The position numbers and the translations under genes were made by a program. A stretch of 64,000 nucleotides of DNA from Dipteris shenzhenensis. Lineage: Eukaryota. Positions 63,101 through 64,000 of the stretch are shown one piece after another. The stretch lies in the NCBI GenBank assembly GCA_047967505.1, contig CM106538.1. One strand, given 5' to 3'. Every line of letters begins with the position of its first letter. The stretch's first letter is position 1. The notes under the pieces were generated by a model. That model was not told the origin of the DNA and did not search any database. It saw only the letters and a list, made by a program, of their open reading frames with translations.

Positions 63101-64000
63101 TAGTAAATCAAAAGATTCTTTTCAGTTTCCTTCAAGGTTGTATTTAATGTCAATAATATTTTAAGGAATCTTAAAATATGTAAAATACATACAAATTCCA
63201 TAGCATGCTAATCCAATTTCAAGGATTGGATTAGTGAGTCCTTGCATCCTAACTCAATCCCAAGGATCAGATTGGAGTACTACTTCATGGTAATCTGATC
63301 CTCAAGGTTAGATGTTTGAATTTGCACCCTGAGATTAGATCATTATTACTTCATTTTGTAACGAGTTTGTAATTTAGGTCTCTTTTTACATGAAAATAAA
63401 TCTTTAGATGTATTTAGGAGGTACTGCAAATCTTTTCAATTGGCATCTAGATATGGTCCAATTTGGGATCTACAAGATGATGTTTTGTCAATGTGGGAGA
63501 AAGTGAGATAAAGGGCGAGAAGCAAACGCACTCAAAGGATCATCCAGACACCTTTCTGAAGGGAAAGGGCCACAAATTAGATGTGGTCAAAGATACTCTC
63601 AAATGAGATGAAGATCACATTTTGGAGATCAATCCACGGTGTGAAGGATGAGAAAATTTTCTAATCTACTTTATCACAAGTAAGGGCAAGTAATTCATCT
63701 TGATGAAACGTCCCATCATTTTGAGTAAGTTTTTTGTTTTCTTTATTGTTTCTTGTTGTAAATGTAGTTTCCTTTACCTAAGATTGTCTTGTCTTAGGGG
63801 CTTGATGGATGATGAAAAGCCAAGCTTGGTTTTAAAATCAAGCTTACCAAGCTTGATTCTAAAACAGAGCTTGATGATCATCCCTACTTCCACTAATTTT
63901 TGGCAACCCAAAACCCCATATTCTCGTATTCACCGTTTGATGACCTAACTACAATAAAATCATTGACATTTATACCAACTTTTGGCATGAGCTCTCTCTT

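Overview
Eukaryotic land-plant nuclear DNA. The spliceosomal introns, plant class-A GATA gene, tRNA-iMet-primed Copia elements and TTTAGGG-like motifs are visible directly. The repeat style suggests a fern, but the taxon cannot be confirmed from sequence alone. Most of the window is nested, CpG-depleted transposon debris around one intact host gene, a two-exon class-A GATA transcription factor (50600-51771, minus strand). The main elements are: (1) a 6.5-kb EnSpm/CACTA-type DNA transposon (787-7308) with CACAA termini, a TGC target-site duplication and two head-to-head genes; (2) the gene it interrupts, a decayed intron-containing gene whose motifs resemble Transib/RAG1-type transposases; (3) a ~3-4 kb (CA)n-bounded repeat in 2 long copies and 1 partial copy; (4) three Ty1/Copia remnants plus a solo LTR, including a TSD-flanked element with mosaic LTRs; (5) a hAT transposase fragment next to a palindrome/tandem-repeat/kinase-pseudogene cassette; (6) a Gypsy-like remnant; (7) a CpG-rich island upstream of the GATA gene. 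All alignments and counts were done by eye and no database searches were run.
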